NCBI GenBank assembly: GCA_002269645.1
Contig: NIVC01001414.1
Span: forward strand, 186,001-250,000
DNA from: Macrostomum lignano
Taxonomy: Eukaryota
DNA: 64,000 bases
Direction: 5' to 3'
Position 1 is the first letter of the stretch; every line of letters begins with the position of its first letter. The notes beneath the pieces are model-generated. The model was not told the DNA's origin. It saw only the letters and a program-made list of their open reading frames with translations, and did not search any database. Shown here one piece after another: positions 1 through 11,607 of the stretch. The translations under genes and the position numbers were made by a program.

Positions 1-1108
1 ATGAGGAGAAACTGCTGACAATTTATGAAAATGACAAACAGACTTACGAGCTTGTACATCGACTTCTTTAGTTTCTTCTAACGTTCGGCATGTGACGTTG
101 GTGGTTCTTTTATTCTCCCAGTTCGTCTATTAATATCTACTAAAAAATATTTAAAAATGTACTCGTATTTTATTTATATCAATTGGTTTCACTTTTATGT
201 TTATTGAAAATAGTAAGCAATGCTTTGTTTTACTGCATTAAATAGTTATATTTAACATTTTGAATTCTGTGGCTTCGGAGAAGACTGAGCGTGGTGTGCG
301 GCTGCTGTTCCTATCGCCAGTCATTTGATTTTAGTAAACACTGATTGATTTTAGTAAACACTGAAAAAAACAGTAGTTCAAGATCGCTCTCAATTTAGTA
401 GTGTTACCCACTAAGGTCATCTTCGAAGCCATTCCATTGACACTGCAATTGTTCGTTACCAGTTAGCATCAGCAATAACCACTACATGTGTAACCTGCAA
501 ATATACATAATCCGTAATCGAATTATCGGCGCCGTCAGTTATCGTCACCACTAACTGTGTGTTTACTCACTACTTTAATAGCAGCCCGTCAGCACGCGAA
601 CTCGGACCAGATATCGTCACAGGCAAGACTTGGAGCTGCAGCCGAACTAATTACGTTTTGCTAGCGCTTTATGGATAATACTAAACAAAATGCGATAAGT
701 GAAATGCACTCGCTGTGCTAGATCACCACTTGCTCCGTCTCCGCCTATTCACTCTGGAGATTAAAGTTCTGAATAAACAGATGCTGTAGTGACCGGTGTT
801 TGGGTCTATGGACTCCTTAGATTTCACTGGGGAATACGAGCATATGTGACCAAGCAATAGTTGCGAAGTATTCACATGCGACTGAGGAATACAGTGTTCA
901 GTGATGTGCAGCCTTTGCGACGAAGTTATTAAATACAAGAAATAGACGTGCTCTCTACTAGACGGTTGAGCGTTGGCTTCGCTTCTCGCTCCTTTCAGAT
1001 TTTGCTGATGAAATTTTCAACATAGTAAAACGATACTCTAAATAAATATTGCCATACCTGCAAGCTTTTCGTTCCGGTTGCAATTTCTCCTAACCTGTTC
1101 ATTCCAAG

Positions 1109-3442
1109 CACTTAACACTTAACAGTAACCCGACGGATGGCCTAGCTTACTATTCCAGACGGCTAATTCTGCTGAGCCGAACGATTGACCATATATATCT
1201 GTGTGGCACTGCAGTTGAGGACTGATGACCTGCATGGCAGGCCATCCGCAATTCAGCAGAAGCAAAGACACGGTATTACGCTCTGGTTCAGATATTTATA
1301 TTTATGAAAGAGAACAGAACCGTTATTAAAGTGAATATTTTTTACTTTTTACTCAATCCGACAAATAGCAAAAAGTTCCCGCGGTTTCAACAAGAAGAAC
1401 TTTAAAAAATTGTTAAAATACGAGTACGCAAATGTTTCAATAGAAATGAGTACGAGTATATGAACTTTCGGGAATTTACCATGTCAATTACTGAGAACGA
1501 AAAGCAAGAATCAACATATAGAGTTAATTCAATTGTGTTATATTCGATTATTTATTTAATTTTCTGATGCATTTCGTCCACAGTGGACATCTTCAGGGCT
1601 TCATTTATGCTCGTAATTTATTAGTCAGAAAACGATTTAGCACAATTGAATTTATTTTATTATGTTGAATCTCGCTTTCGTGTATCTACTTTTTATCAAG
1701 CGAGCTACTTTACCTAAAATAGATTTAAATAACAGAGTATAGCAGAAATTTCAACTCGTTTTCTGCCAGTACCTGAGTTGAACATTAGCTGACGCACAGT
1801 TGTGCGCAGAAATGAGAGAAATTTAGCGGACCTACCAGCCTTCGAATACAAAATCCAGCAATTGTGCACTCCCTGAAGTAGCAGGTGAAAACCTAGGCGG
1901 TGAAACCAACGGTAAGTCTTACGACAGGCCAATTAAAGTACGGCTGTAGAGAACCATCCAGCCTGTCCACTCCGCCATGTTCTTGGAGTAAACAACAGCC
2001 GTAATCGGCTTTGTTACCACCTCTTGCTGACCGCCACGTCGAATTCGGGTGATCTCGGCGGTACCAGCAATGCTCCTGGTGTCGATGAAGTTAACCGTCT
2101 TAACTCCACATTGCTTTCAATCAGCAAGCTTCACAGCAAGCAGGCCCTCTTTTCGAGCAAATGCACATGAGTTGGCAGGAAGAGCCAGCTGCCGTAGACA
2201 GTCTGGAATCCCGCGATCTTGTCGAACTGTGCCCGTCAGAAATGTGGATTTAGACAGCAGAAACTCGGCCAGTCGAGCCGAAGAAAACCAGCTGTCCGTG
2301 AACTGGTGATAGCCAAGGTTTAAAATCTGGCTGCTTAACTCAACCACAATGCGCTCGCTGATAGAAAGGTGGTCGCACTGCAGCCCTGGTCCAAATTTTC
2401 CGTTTTCCGCATCCGTACTGTGGATTAAAAAGTTCCACATGTACCCTGTCTGGGATTCACATAGACAGTACATTTTGATGCCAAACTTGTTTCGCTTGCT
2501 TGGTATGTACTGACGAAAAATCAGTACATCAGTGCAGTCGTAGAAGCGCAGGAAGTGCATGACTTGTTTATATCGATCTCTTGACAGGCTTGAAGGTTGC
2601 TGCATGAAAGGGCACTGGTCGAACGGGTCCGTAGACCAGTAAAGGTGCAATTTCGGCTTCTTGCTCAGCCCCATGAAAAAGTTGGTCGCTATCACCTTCC
2701 TGATCTCGTTCAATGTGCAATTCTTCCAAGTCTTCAAGATTGGTGGCACCTCAGCTGGCTCACCTCCTTCAGCTTGAAACCTTTCTAACTCAAACCAAGC
2801 TTTCTTGTTGGTCCATTCGCACAGCTTGTTCATCAGCGCGTCAGTTAAAAATAGGTAAAAAAACAACTGAATATTGTTGTCTGGATCAGCTGGCGCCACC
2901 AAATCCGGATGCAAGCCAGAGGTCGCCATGAATTCCGAATCTGGCTCCTGCAAACCATTCTCTCCGGGTACGACGCGTTGCTAGCCACCTATTTCTTCAT
3001 CCTACTGTCTAGGATGAAGACCTACTGTCAAGATCGGAGGCCTCATCGGACGAGTCAGTAGTGGAATCGCTGCTATCTTGATCCTCGTCATCAGACATCA
3101 ACTGCTCAAAATCTGGTTCTTCGTTAAGTGATGCCATGTATAACTGCTCGTATTCTGTATGCCTACTCTTAAAAAATCCAAACTCTTATGCTAGGTTTTT
3201 TACAGTGACTTTCCTAACCACATTCATGAGATGTCATAAGACTCCAGGTCTTTAGCGGACAGTCAAACCAACTGTCTATGACATAAGAGCTAACTTTAAA
3301 GTTATTCAACCTGTCAATGCAGTGAGAACTCCAGTACATTTTTTCAGTCTGGAGCTGTGACACTGAGTACAAACACGCCCATAGACAATATCGTTGTTGC
3401 CTGCAGCCATGGCCTACATAGCAGGCCATCCGTCTTTAAGTG
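1109..3442 (-). mobile_element. Decayed piggyBac-like DNA transposon
   Basis: Transposase remnant inside. Imperfect inverted repeats: CACTTAA..GACGGATGGCCT (1116-1143) and AGGCCATCCGTC.TTAAGTG (3423-3442). No clean TTAA duplication on the right, so the ends are uncertain. Confidence 0.6.
1714..3160 (-). pseudogene. piggyBac (PGBD4-like, DDE_Tnp_1_7) transposase pseudogene
   Basis: ORF 2117-2953 has YWSTDP, LSRDRYKQVMHFLRF, FRQYIPSKRNKFGIK and TDSWFSS. After an in-frame stop it continues with YSKNM/GGVDRLD (frameshift near 1975) and RKTYRWFHRLGFHLL..VHNCWILY. An acidic N-terminus lies at 2960-3160. Confidence 0.9.
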
Positions 3443-3547
3443 AGGAGATCAGAAGTTCACAAAACTTGGAAATTTTTTCTATGGCCTGCGATGCAGGCCA
3501 CCCGTTTGCAATTGAGATGACATGTTTTCAATTCGTCAGGAAGAAGT

Positions 3548-3855
3548 TTTAAAGTCAAAGACAGGAGAAGAAGTAGCTAAAGCGTTTGAAACTATATACG
3601 AGCTCGTATAAAAAATCAGGCCGTCGTTCAGATCGTTTATGTGTGGATGAAGGAAAAGAATTTTATAATCAACACATGTATAAACTCTATCCGTATTCAA
3701 AAGACGCCGTTAGAAAAAAAGACGAAAAAGGAATTTATATAAATAAAATGTATTCAATCTATGGTGAGTATAAGAATTCTATGATTGAAAGATTTAACAG
3801 AACATTAACCAATAAACTATGGTTTAAATTTGACTTGCAAGGAAATCAGAAATAG
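3548..3855 (+). pseudogene. Retroviral-type (rve) integrase fragment resembling Polinton/Maverick integrase
   Basis: LKSKTGEEVAKAFETI, then a frameshift, then RLCVDEGKEFYN...KNSMIERFNRTLTNKLWFKF..QGNQK*. The second D and the E of the DDE triad are recognisable. Confidence 0.75.
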
Positions 3856-3865
3856 CTAAAAATTG

Positions 3866-4200
3866 CCACAGCATAGAATTCCCACAGCACAGAATTCCCA
3901 CAGCACAGAATTCCCACAGCACAGAATTCCCACAGCACAGAATTCACACAGCACAGAATTCCCACAGCACAGAATTCACACAGCACAGAATTCCCACAGC
4001 ACAGAATTCACACAGCACAGAATTCCCACAGCACAGAATTCTCACACCACAGAATTCCCACAGCACAGAATTCTCACAGCACAGAATTCCCACAGCACAG
4101 AATTCACACAGCACAGAATTCCCACAGCACAGAATTCTCACACCACAGAATTCCCACAGCACAGAATTCTCACACCACAGAATTCCCACAGCACAGAATT
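3866..4200. repeat. 16-bp minisatellite (CACAGCACAGAATTCC)n
   Basis: About 20 tandem units visible directly. Confidence 0.95.
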
Positions 4201-4849
4201 CCCAAATCAAATCGAAACTCCAGTCGAAGCAGCCCCGGTCCGCTCCCACCGGAATTTCCCACACTTCAAATCCCCTCCCCAGCCCTCCCTGCCGCCTCTC
4301 CTCCCGCTGCTCCTTGAGCCGGAAGCGGCAGCGCCAAGTCAGCCGTGGCAAATTTTATTTATCAGAGGCCTGAGCAGCGCTGCTCAGAAATCTACCCTCA
4401 GCAATTCCTGCCTCAACTGCCCGAGCGCTGACTGACTGCTCAGCTGCAGCAATGCAGCGCGGCAGCTCTTATTCTTCTTCTAGTAGACAGAGTCTGGCAG
4501 CCGCCGCAGCAAGCTCAAAAAGCTACTCAGCAACTCAACAGGGTGCCTTGCATTTTCTCATTCAACTTGGCGTGTCATTTTGATTGACAGCTCGATTTGC
4601 ATTGATGCACTCTTCTCGATTTCAGATGCCAGAGTTCTGCTGAGTTCTGGCTCAGCATCCGGTGCTGCATCAGCTGCTGCAGGCAGCGACAGTTCTCAGG
4701 GCGAGCGGCAGGTTCGGTACACCGTGGAGGAGGCCGTTGAGAAGCTGGGGTTCGGCAGGTTCCAGATTAAAATCCTCTGCATCACCGGCATCATGTCTGT
4801 AGGTTGCTGCTTTTGCGGAGTCTGTATGAGTGCCGTCTTGAGCACTACT

Positions 4850-5103
4850 ATCTGGTCCCATCTGAGCACTGCTCTCTCTGATCCCATTTGAGCACTGCTC
4901 TCTGATCCCATTTGAGCACTGCTCTCTGATCCCATTTGAGCACTGCTCTCTGATCCCATTTGAGTACTGCTCTCTGATCCCATTTGGGCACTGCTCTCTG
5001 ATCCCATTTGAGCACTGCTCTCTGATCCCATTTGAGTACTGCTCTCTGATCCCATATGAGCACTGCTCTCTGATCCCATTTGAGCACTGCTCTCTGATCC
5101 CAT
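4850..5103. repeat. 24-bp intronic minisatellite (TCTCTGATCCCATTTGAGCACTGC)n
   Basis: About 10 units in SVOP copy 1 intron 2. The same repeat is expanded at 27567-28372. Confidence 0.95.
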
Positions 5104-5778
5104 GTCACAAGTATTGCCTCAATATCCGCACATTGCTACTGCCGCACGGACTGTCAGTAGTGCAGCTGGCATTTTGCAATTTCAATGCAGGCAGCGGACG
5201 CAATGGAGATGCTGCTGCTGTCAGTGCTGGGCCCGGCGCTCCGCTGCGACTGGCGCCTGACGTCAACCGAGGTGGCCGTCATCACCACTGTGGTGTTCGC
5301 TGGGATGCTGCTCGAAGCTCCTGGCTGGGGCGCCGTGTCAGACAAGCGAGGTCGATGGAGCGTGTTCGCCCTCAGCCTCTGCCTCATGGCCTACTTCGGC
5401 CTGCTCTGCTCGTTCGCGCCTGACTACTTCTGGCTCGTCAGCCTGCGCGGTGTCGTGGGCTTCAACATCTGGCGGTCTCCTTCACCCTGCTGTCCGAGTA
5501 CCTGCCTCAGCGGCACCGCGCCAAGGTGCTCATCCTGTACAACCTGCTGGCTTACCTGGTGCTGCCCACTTTGGGCGGGAGATACCTGGTGGCCTTCTCT
5601 TCACTGCCGCTGTTTCTGTTCATCTCCTCTTCCTCAGCACCTGCCGGAGTCTGCGAGGTTCCTGCTGGCCTCAGGACGCGCTGAGGAAGCGGCTGCCGTC
5701 ATTGACCAGATTGCCAGGGAGAACCGCAGGCCTGCGATGGAGGGCCGGCCTGCTGTGGCCACCGTCAGCGAGGTTAGC

Positions 5779-6040
5779 GACTGACTGACTGACTGACTGA
5801 CTGACTGACTGACTGACTGACTGACTGACTGACTGACTGACTGACTGACTGACTGACACTGACTGACTGACTGACTGACTGACTGACTGACTGACTGACT
5901 GACTGACTGATTGACTGACTGACTGACTGACTGACTGACTGACTGACTGACTGACTGACTGACTGACTGACTGACTGACTGACTGACTGACTTGAGTGAG
6001 TGGGTGACTTACTGCCTGACTGACTGAGTAACTGACTGAC
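5779..6040. repeat. (GACT)n microsatellite in an SVOP intron
   Basis: Directly visible. Contains the CTTGAGTGAGTGGGTG interruption. Confidence 0.95.
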
Positions 6041-6609
6041 CCTCCCGCAGTCAGACCGAGGGCAGCTCAAGGCGCTGTTCCACCCGTTCTACCGCCGCAC
6101 CAGCTTCATCCTGTTCTCCCTGTGGTTCGGTGTCGCCTTCTCCTACTACGGCATCGTGCTGGTGAGCACTGAAATCTTTCGCTTCCACCCGGACTGCTTC
6201 AGCACCGCCCAGTCGGTCACGGTGGCCCACAACACCACGGAGTCCGTGGTGGACAACTCCTGCTGCAGAGGTCTGCAGTCGGACGATTACACAGCCATGC
6301 TGATCTCCTCACTCGGAGAGTTCGTCATCATTCCGGTGAACATGCTCACCATCGATGCCCTGGGCAGGCGGGCCACCCTCGGCATCAACTACCTGCTCAC
6401 TGGCGTGTTTTTCGGCCTCACCTACCTGTGCGTGCCGAAGGCGGCCACCACCGCTTTTCTGTTTCTGATCAGGGCCCACTCTGCTGGCATATTCAATACT
6501 TTTTATATTTATAATACTGAGGTGAGTAGTGCGGTCTGACCTGAATGCGAAGTTATTAATGACATTTTCTTATTTGTTGCTGGCTTTTAGATGGAGTCGG
6601 CAGAAGGGA

Positions 6610-7025
6610 GAACTGAGAAGGGAGACAGGAGAGAGGGGTAGACAGGAGAGAGACTAGACAGGAGAGAGAGGTAGACAGAAGAGAGGGTAGACAGGAGAGA
6701 GAGTTAGACATGAGAGAGAGGTGGACAGGAGGGAGAGGTGGACAGGAGAGAGGGGTAGACAGGAGAGATGTGTAGACAGGAGAGATGTGTAGACAGGAGA
6801 GAGGCGTAGACAAGAGAGAGGGTAGATAGGAGAGAGGGGAGACAGGAGAGAGGGTAGCTAGGAGAGAGAGGTAGACAGGAGAGAGAGGTAGACAAGAGAG
6901 AGAGGTAGACAGGAGAGAGTGTAGATGGATTTGAGATCAGGACATTGCGAGAGCAGACATTGCGAGAGCAGACATTGCGAGAGCAGACATTGCGAGAGCA
7001 GACATTGCGAGAGCAGACATTGCGA
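6610..7025. repeat. GA-rich minisatellite plus 15-bp (GACATTGCGAGAGCA)n in the last SVOP intron
   Basis: GTAGACAGGAGAGAG-type units at 6610-6925 and 5-6 copies of the 15-mer at 6943-7025. Confidence 0.9.
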
Positions 7026-7639
7026 AAAGCTTGGTGCAGATTGGAGCACGCCGTTTGGCTTATATCGGCCCACTGCTGCAGCTTACTAAGTTAGAAACTG
7101 GAATGGTCCGTGAGACTGCAGGGCTGTCCACCACACCCAAAAGCGGCTTTCCAATCCAGGTGTACCCCACGGTGATTCGCAGTCTCGGGCTGGGCATCTG
7201 CTCAGCCATGGCTCGCCTGGGCTCCATGACAACGCCATTTGTTGCCCAGGTGATCATGCCGGATGTGAGCGTGCTGTTGGCCTTCATCATCTACCTGATG
7301 GTGGATCTCAGCTGTGCTGGGCTCTGCGTGCTGCTGTCCATCGAGACCAGCGGCCGCGCCTTGGCGCACAGCCTGGAGCTGCCGGATGTGAAGTTCTCAG
7401 CCGCTGCTGATGGGGCTGCTGCTGATGGGGCCTCAGCTGCTGACGGGGCCTCAGCTGCTGATGGGGCCTCAGCTGATGACGGGGCCTCAGCTGCTGACGG
7501 GGCCTCAGCTGCTGATGGGGCCTCAGCTGATGACGGGGCCTCAGCTGCTGACGGGGCCTCAGCTGCTGATGGAATTCACGAGCGGACTGACAACGAAGGG
7601 GCTTTGGGGAGAGCAAGACTGAGTGACCTCAGTGTGTTT

Positions 7640-7679
7640 CTCTGTCTCTCTGTCTGTCTGTCTGTCTGTCTGTCTGTCG

Positions 7680-7749
<70 letters not shown>

Positions 7750-7750
7750 A

Positions 7751-7813
<63 letters not shown>

Positions 7814-7824
7814 GTGTCTGTCTC

Positions 7825-7873
<49 letters not shown>
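7640..7873. repeat. (TCTG)n microsatellite just 3' of the SVOP stop
   Basis: Directly visible. Paralogous tracts at 31820-32041 and 61410-61656. Confidence 0.95.
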
Positions 7874-7874
<1 letters not shown>

Positions 7875-8485
7875 CAATTATTAAAATCGAAATCGGCACA
7901 GCTGTGAGCCCTGCTGCAATTCCCCTGCAGCAAATTTTTTAGCAGTTTTTATTGAGGCTGTGAGCTCCACAGATTTCTTGCATTCTCAGTTTTCACTAGC
8001 AAAATCCAAATTCTTGTCTTCGTGTTGTCCTTGTGCTTTACCCATCTGCATCGCTTATAAAATTCCACATTCCCAAGTCAAATGAAATTTTATATCAACT
8101 TCTGTGTGTTTTTACACTGTTTGACCAATGAAGGAGTTTTAATCACTGCGTTCTCTTTGTTGTTTTTTATTTATCCAGTTTATTTATAAAATCTCATTTC
8201 CCTACTGCACTACTGCTCGCTGTCAGTAGTAGTGGCGGACATGACAATTTTGTCTTGGCAGATTTCTACATGTACTCGTCGAGTCACCAAGTAATCAGTG
8301 AGTGAAGCTGCGGAGTCCAAGAGTATCCACATGTAACGGTTAAATACACATTAAAGAGCTGCTTGCTGTTCGTAGTGAGCACAGAACTGCCGCTCTTATC
8401 TGACCAAATATTCTGTTGCTTTTGTAAGCCTTGCTTATTTCTTTGCTGGAAGTAGAAAGAGCAGGAAACTAAGGGAAGAACTGGA

Positions 8486-8915
8486 ACTGAGTCTGCCAAG
8501 CAGCACTGAGTCTGCCAAGCAGCACTGAGTCTGTCAAGCACAGCTGCACTGAGTCTGTCAAGCACAGCTGCACTGAGTCTGCCAAGCACAGCAGCACTGA
8601 GTCTGCCAAGCACAGCAGCACTGAGTCTGTCAAGCACAGCTGCACTGAGTCTGTCAAGCACAGCAGCACTGAGTCTGCCAAGCACAGCAGCACTGAGTCT
8701 GCCAAGCACAGCAGCACTGAGTCTGCCAAGCACAGCAGCACTGAGTCTGCCAAGCAGCACTGAGTCTGCCAAGCACAGCTGCACTGAGTCTGCCAAGCAG
8801 CACTGAGTCTGCCAAGCACAGCAGCACTGAGTCTGCCAAGCAGCACTGAGTCTGTCAAGCACAGCTGCACTGAGTCTGCCAAGCAGCACTGAGTCTGCCA
8901 AGCACAGCAGCACTG
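8486..8915. repeat. 19/24-bp minisatellite (GCACTGAGTCTGCCAAGCA[CAGCA])n
   Basis: About 19 tandem units. Present as a single unit in the paralogous spacers at about 33327-33357 and 62855-62885. Confidence 0.9.
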
Positions 8916-9392
8916 AGAAAGGACCGAACCTGACAACTGTGTGTCATGTGTCAGACACTCTGACGTTTTTCAAGCCACTGATAGAAATTTAATAATGTCA
9001 GCATTAATGTATAATATGTATTACATTTTTAAACTATATTGTTTAAATAATTTAACTTATTTCAAAGTGAGTGGATGGCATTAAAATTGATTAATGTATG
9101 CTAAAGTACAAGGCACAAAAGTAAAAGTGCATGCGCTGGTGTGCAAAGCTTCAGCAGTGCAAAAAAGTTCTACAACACGTCAAAACATTCAGGAAAATCA
9201 AAACGGTGCAGTAAGAGCAGCATTACTCGTAGCTCTTAGCGACGCTTCTTTTAAAGGTGCTGGGTGGCTTTTTTCCATTCTCGAAACGCCAATTTAGTAG
9301 TAAAATATGTTTCCATAGCAATTAATGCACCCACGAAATGAATTTCGGATGAGTGAATACCCAAGCATTGAAGCAAGGTAGCTCCCTTTCTG

Positions 9393-10360
9393 TCATTTCT
9401 GTGCGCCGAAAAGCGAGCTCAGGAATCCCCTTTTCAGCTTCCCTCCCGTCAGGAACTCGTGCTCCAGCAGCTCCTGTGCGGATCTTCTCCTCTTGCGGTC
9501 TTTGGCGGTGCAGCGGCTGTAGAAATCCTGCAGCTCTGCTGACCGGCCGTCCGGCAGGGCGGGGGCGCCTCTCCTCTTAAGCAGCTCGGGCACCGCCCAC
9601 GGATTGCCGCACTTGGAGAAGGGCCTCGCGCCGGAGGCCATCTGGAAGACCGAGCAGCCGAACGCCCAGATGTCCGACTCTCTGCTGTACCGCGGGCTGT
9701 CCGACTCTTCCGCTCCGAGCAGCTCTGGCGCCATGAAGCTCAGGGTGCCTTTGGGTGCCTCAGTGGAGGCTGACACGTGGCTGACTGACTGCTTCAGCTT
9801 GATTGACAGGCCGAAGTCGATCAGTTTGATTCGCGTGTTGTCAGCACAAACAATTATGTTCGAGCAGTTGATGTCTCTGTGGATCACTGGCGGCTGCTGA
9901 CTGTGCAGGTAGAGCAGCGCGCGGCAGATCTGCGAGCGGTCGGTCAGTGAGCAGTCATCATTCATGGGAACATGGAACAGGAGCATCAAGGATGCACAAT
10001 GCTCACCTGCTCGCTGAAGTCTCGAATCTTTGGCTCGTCCAGCGGCTTGTTGTCGATAAACCTCTCCAAGGTTCGGCCGTCCAGCAGCTCCATGAACACA
10101 ACGACTGTGGCGGGCTCCGGCTGAGCGATGTGCAAGAACCTGACGATGTTGGGATGCCGCAGTCGGCACAGGTTTCTCACGCAATCGACAGCTTCATTGA
10201 TGTTCTTCGTTTTCGTCTCCTTCTGATCGCCGAGCTGCACAGGCAGGCTGAGAGTCTTGGCGGCGCACCTGATGCCTCTGTCAGTGACAACTTCCTGGAT
10301 GTCACCAAAGAATCCTCTGTCAACGAAGCCAACGGAGTCCCAGCTCTTTCTGAAAACGGG
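9393..10360 (-). CDS. Protein kinase domain (MAP3K/STE11-like), copy 1, two exons (about 10360-10007 and 9929-9393)
   Basis: Motifs DRGFFG, CAAK, FME hinge, HRDINCSN, IDFG, GTLSFMAPE and SDIWAFGC. A 77-nt GT-AG intron at 9930-10006 joins the two frames. The link to upstream exons is broken by a repeat at 10390-10578. Confidence 0.85.
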
Positions 10361-10754
10361 GCTGTTGAAAGAGAGGAGAGAGTAATGAGAGCATTGATTC
10401 TGCTAAGCACAGCAGCATTAAGAAAGAACCAAGCCTGACAATTGTGTGCCATGCGCCAGACACTGTTACCTTTTCAAGCCGCTGATAAAGATTTAATAAT
10501 GTTAGCATTGATGTATAATTTGGTGTTACATTTTAAAAATATTGTTTAAATAACCTTATTTCAAAGTAAGTGGATGAGTGAGTTCCTGCAACTGCAATTG
10601 AGGCACCCAAGCTGCACATTCAGGCCGTAGTTCAAAGTCTTGAAAAAATTTTCAGTGTAAACTTACTTCTTTAAATAATGTCGCGATGCTAGACGAGGCG
10701 GCTCTCCTGGAAGATTAATTTTGTCTAAATTTACGATGCGTATTTTGATGAAGC

Positions 10755-10883
10755 CTGTCTGTCTGTCTGTCTGTCTGTCTTCGTTTCTGACTGTCTGTCT
10801 GTCTGTCTGTCTGTCTGTCTGCCTGTCTGTCTGTCTGTCTGTCTGTCTTCGTTTCTGTCTGTCTGTCTGTCTGGCTGTCTTAG

Positions 10884-10944
<61 letters not shown>

Positions 10945-11012
10945 TTCTGTCTGCGTGTCTGTCTGTCTGTCAGTCTGTCTTTGTGTTTTAGTGTCTGTCT
11001 AACGTTCTGTCT
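10755..11012. repeat. (TCTG)n microsatellite
   Basis: Directly visible. Paralog at 37414-37540. Confidence 0.95.
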
Positions 11013-11060
11013 GTCAGAAATAGCAGTGTGTGTTGCAGTTGTCTGGTGTAGATAACTCAC

Positions 11061-11276
11061 TGATGCTCGTAATAGTCCCTGAATTTGTGTCCAGCTGAAC
11101 TCCTCCAACTCGCCGAGACGGAGGGGTTGTTTTCGATGTCGCTTCCGCTACCGCTATCGTTATCGCTTCGAGTGTCGGAATAGTATCGGAACAGCTTACC
11201 TTTCCTGACCACCAACTTGATGTCGCCCTCGCTTGCGGCCTCTTCTAAAGTCGCAGCTGTTGTCATTTTGTCTTCT
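11061..11276 (-). CDS. Linker exon of the ANK-kinase gene, copy 1
   Basis: 216-nt phase-2/phase-2 exon (EDKMTTAAATLEEAASEGDIK...) with a CAG acceptor and GTGAGT donor. A homologous 192-nt exon is at 37583-37774. Confidence 0.6.
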
Positions 11277-11607
11277 CTGGCAAAAAGAATTTATGAGGCT
11301 TCTGTGTGGTTGAAAAATGTTCTGATGGTAATAAACATGCTGTTTGCTACTGTAAATTTATTCTTTTATGAGAATTTCGGACTCTAGAGCGTTATGGACA
11401 AGCAAGAATTCAAACGTACAAACCTTTAAATATATGTATATTTAGATGGATATGAGTTTTCCAGGACAGGCTCTGGGTTGTTGTGGAGAAAAAAACAAAA
11501 AAAGTTTTTCAAGTGAATATTCACAACCAGTTCTATCTTACTATCTAATAGTCGTTCATCAGCAGATACAAGTACAATTCAGAATGTTAGTAAAATTTTA
11601 ATCTCAC

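Larger units (their letters stand above)
4452..7626 (+). pseudogene. SVOP: SVOP-like MFS transporter, copy 1 (disrupted)
   Basis: Exons 4452-4542, 4626-4798, 5191-5772 (fused by deletion), 6051-6521, 7160-7626. Relative to copy 2 it has indels near 5469-5480, a deletion of about 33 nt near 5548, loss of the intron-3 donor near 5623 and a 1-nt deletion near 7600. Confidence 0.8.

Noticed and set aside
1226-1252. CTGATGA followed by a hairpin, as a hammerhead
   Set aside because: The GAAA core strand is missing. The hairpin is one of the piggyBac subterminal palindromes.
9947-10438. Plus-strand ORFs overlapping the kinase, ANK and orphan exons (also 11655-12038, 12574-13008, 43388-43945, 44483-44917)
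   Set aside because: These are antisense shadows of GC-rich coding exons whose recognisable motifs are on the minus strand.
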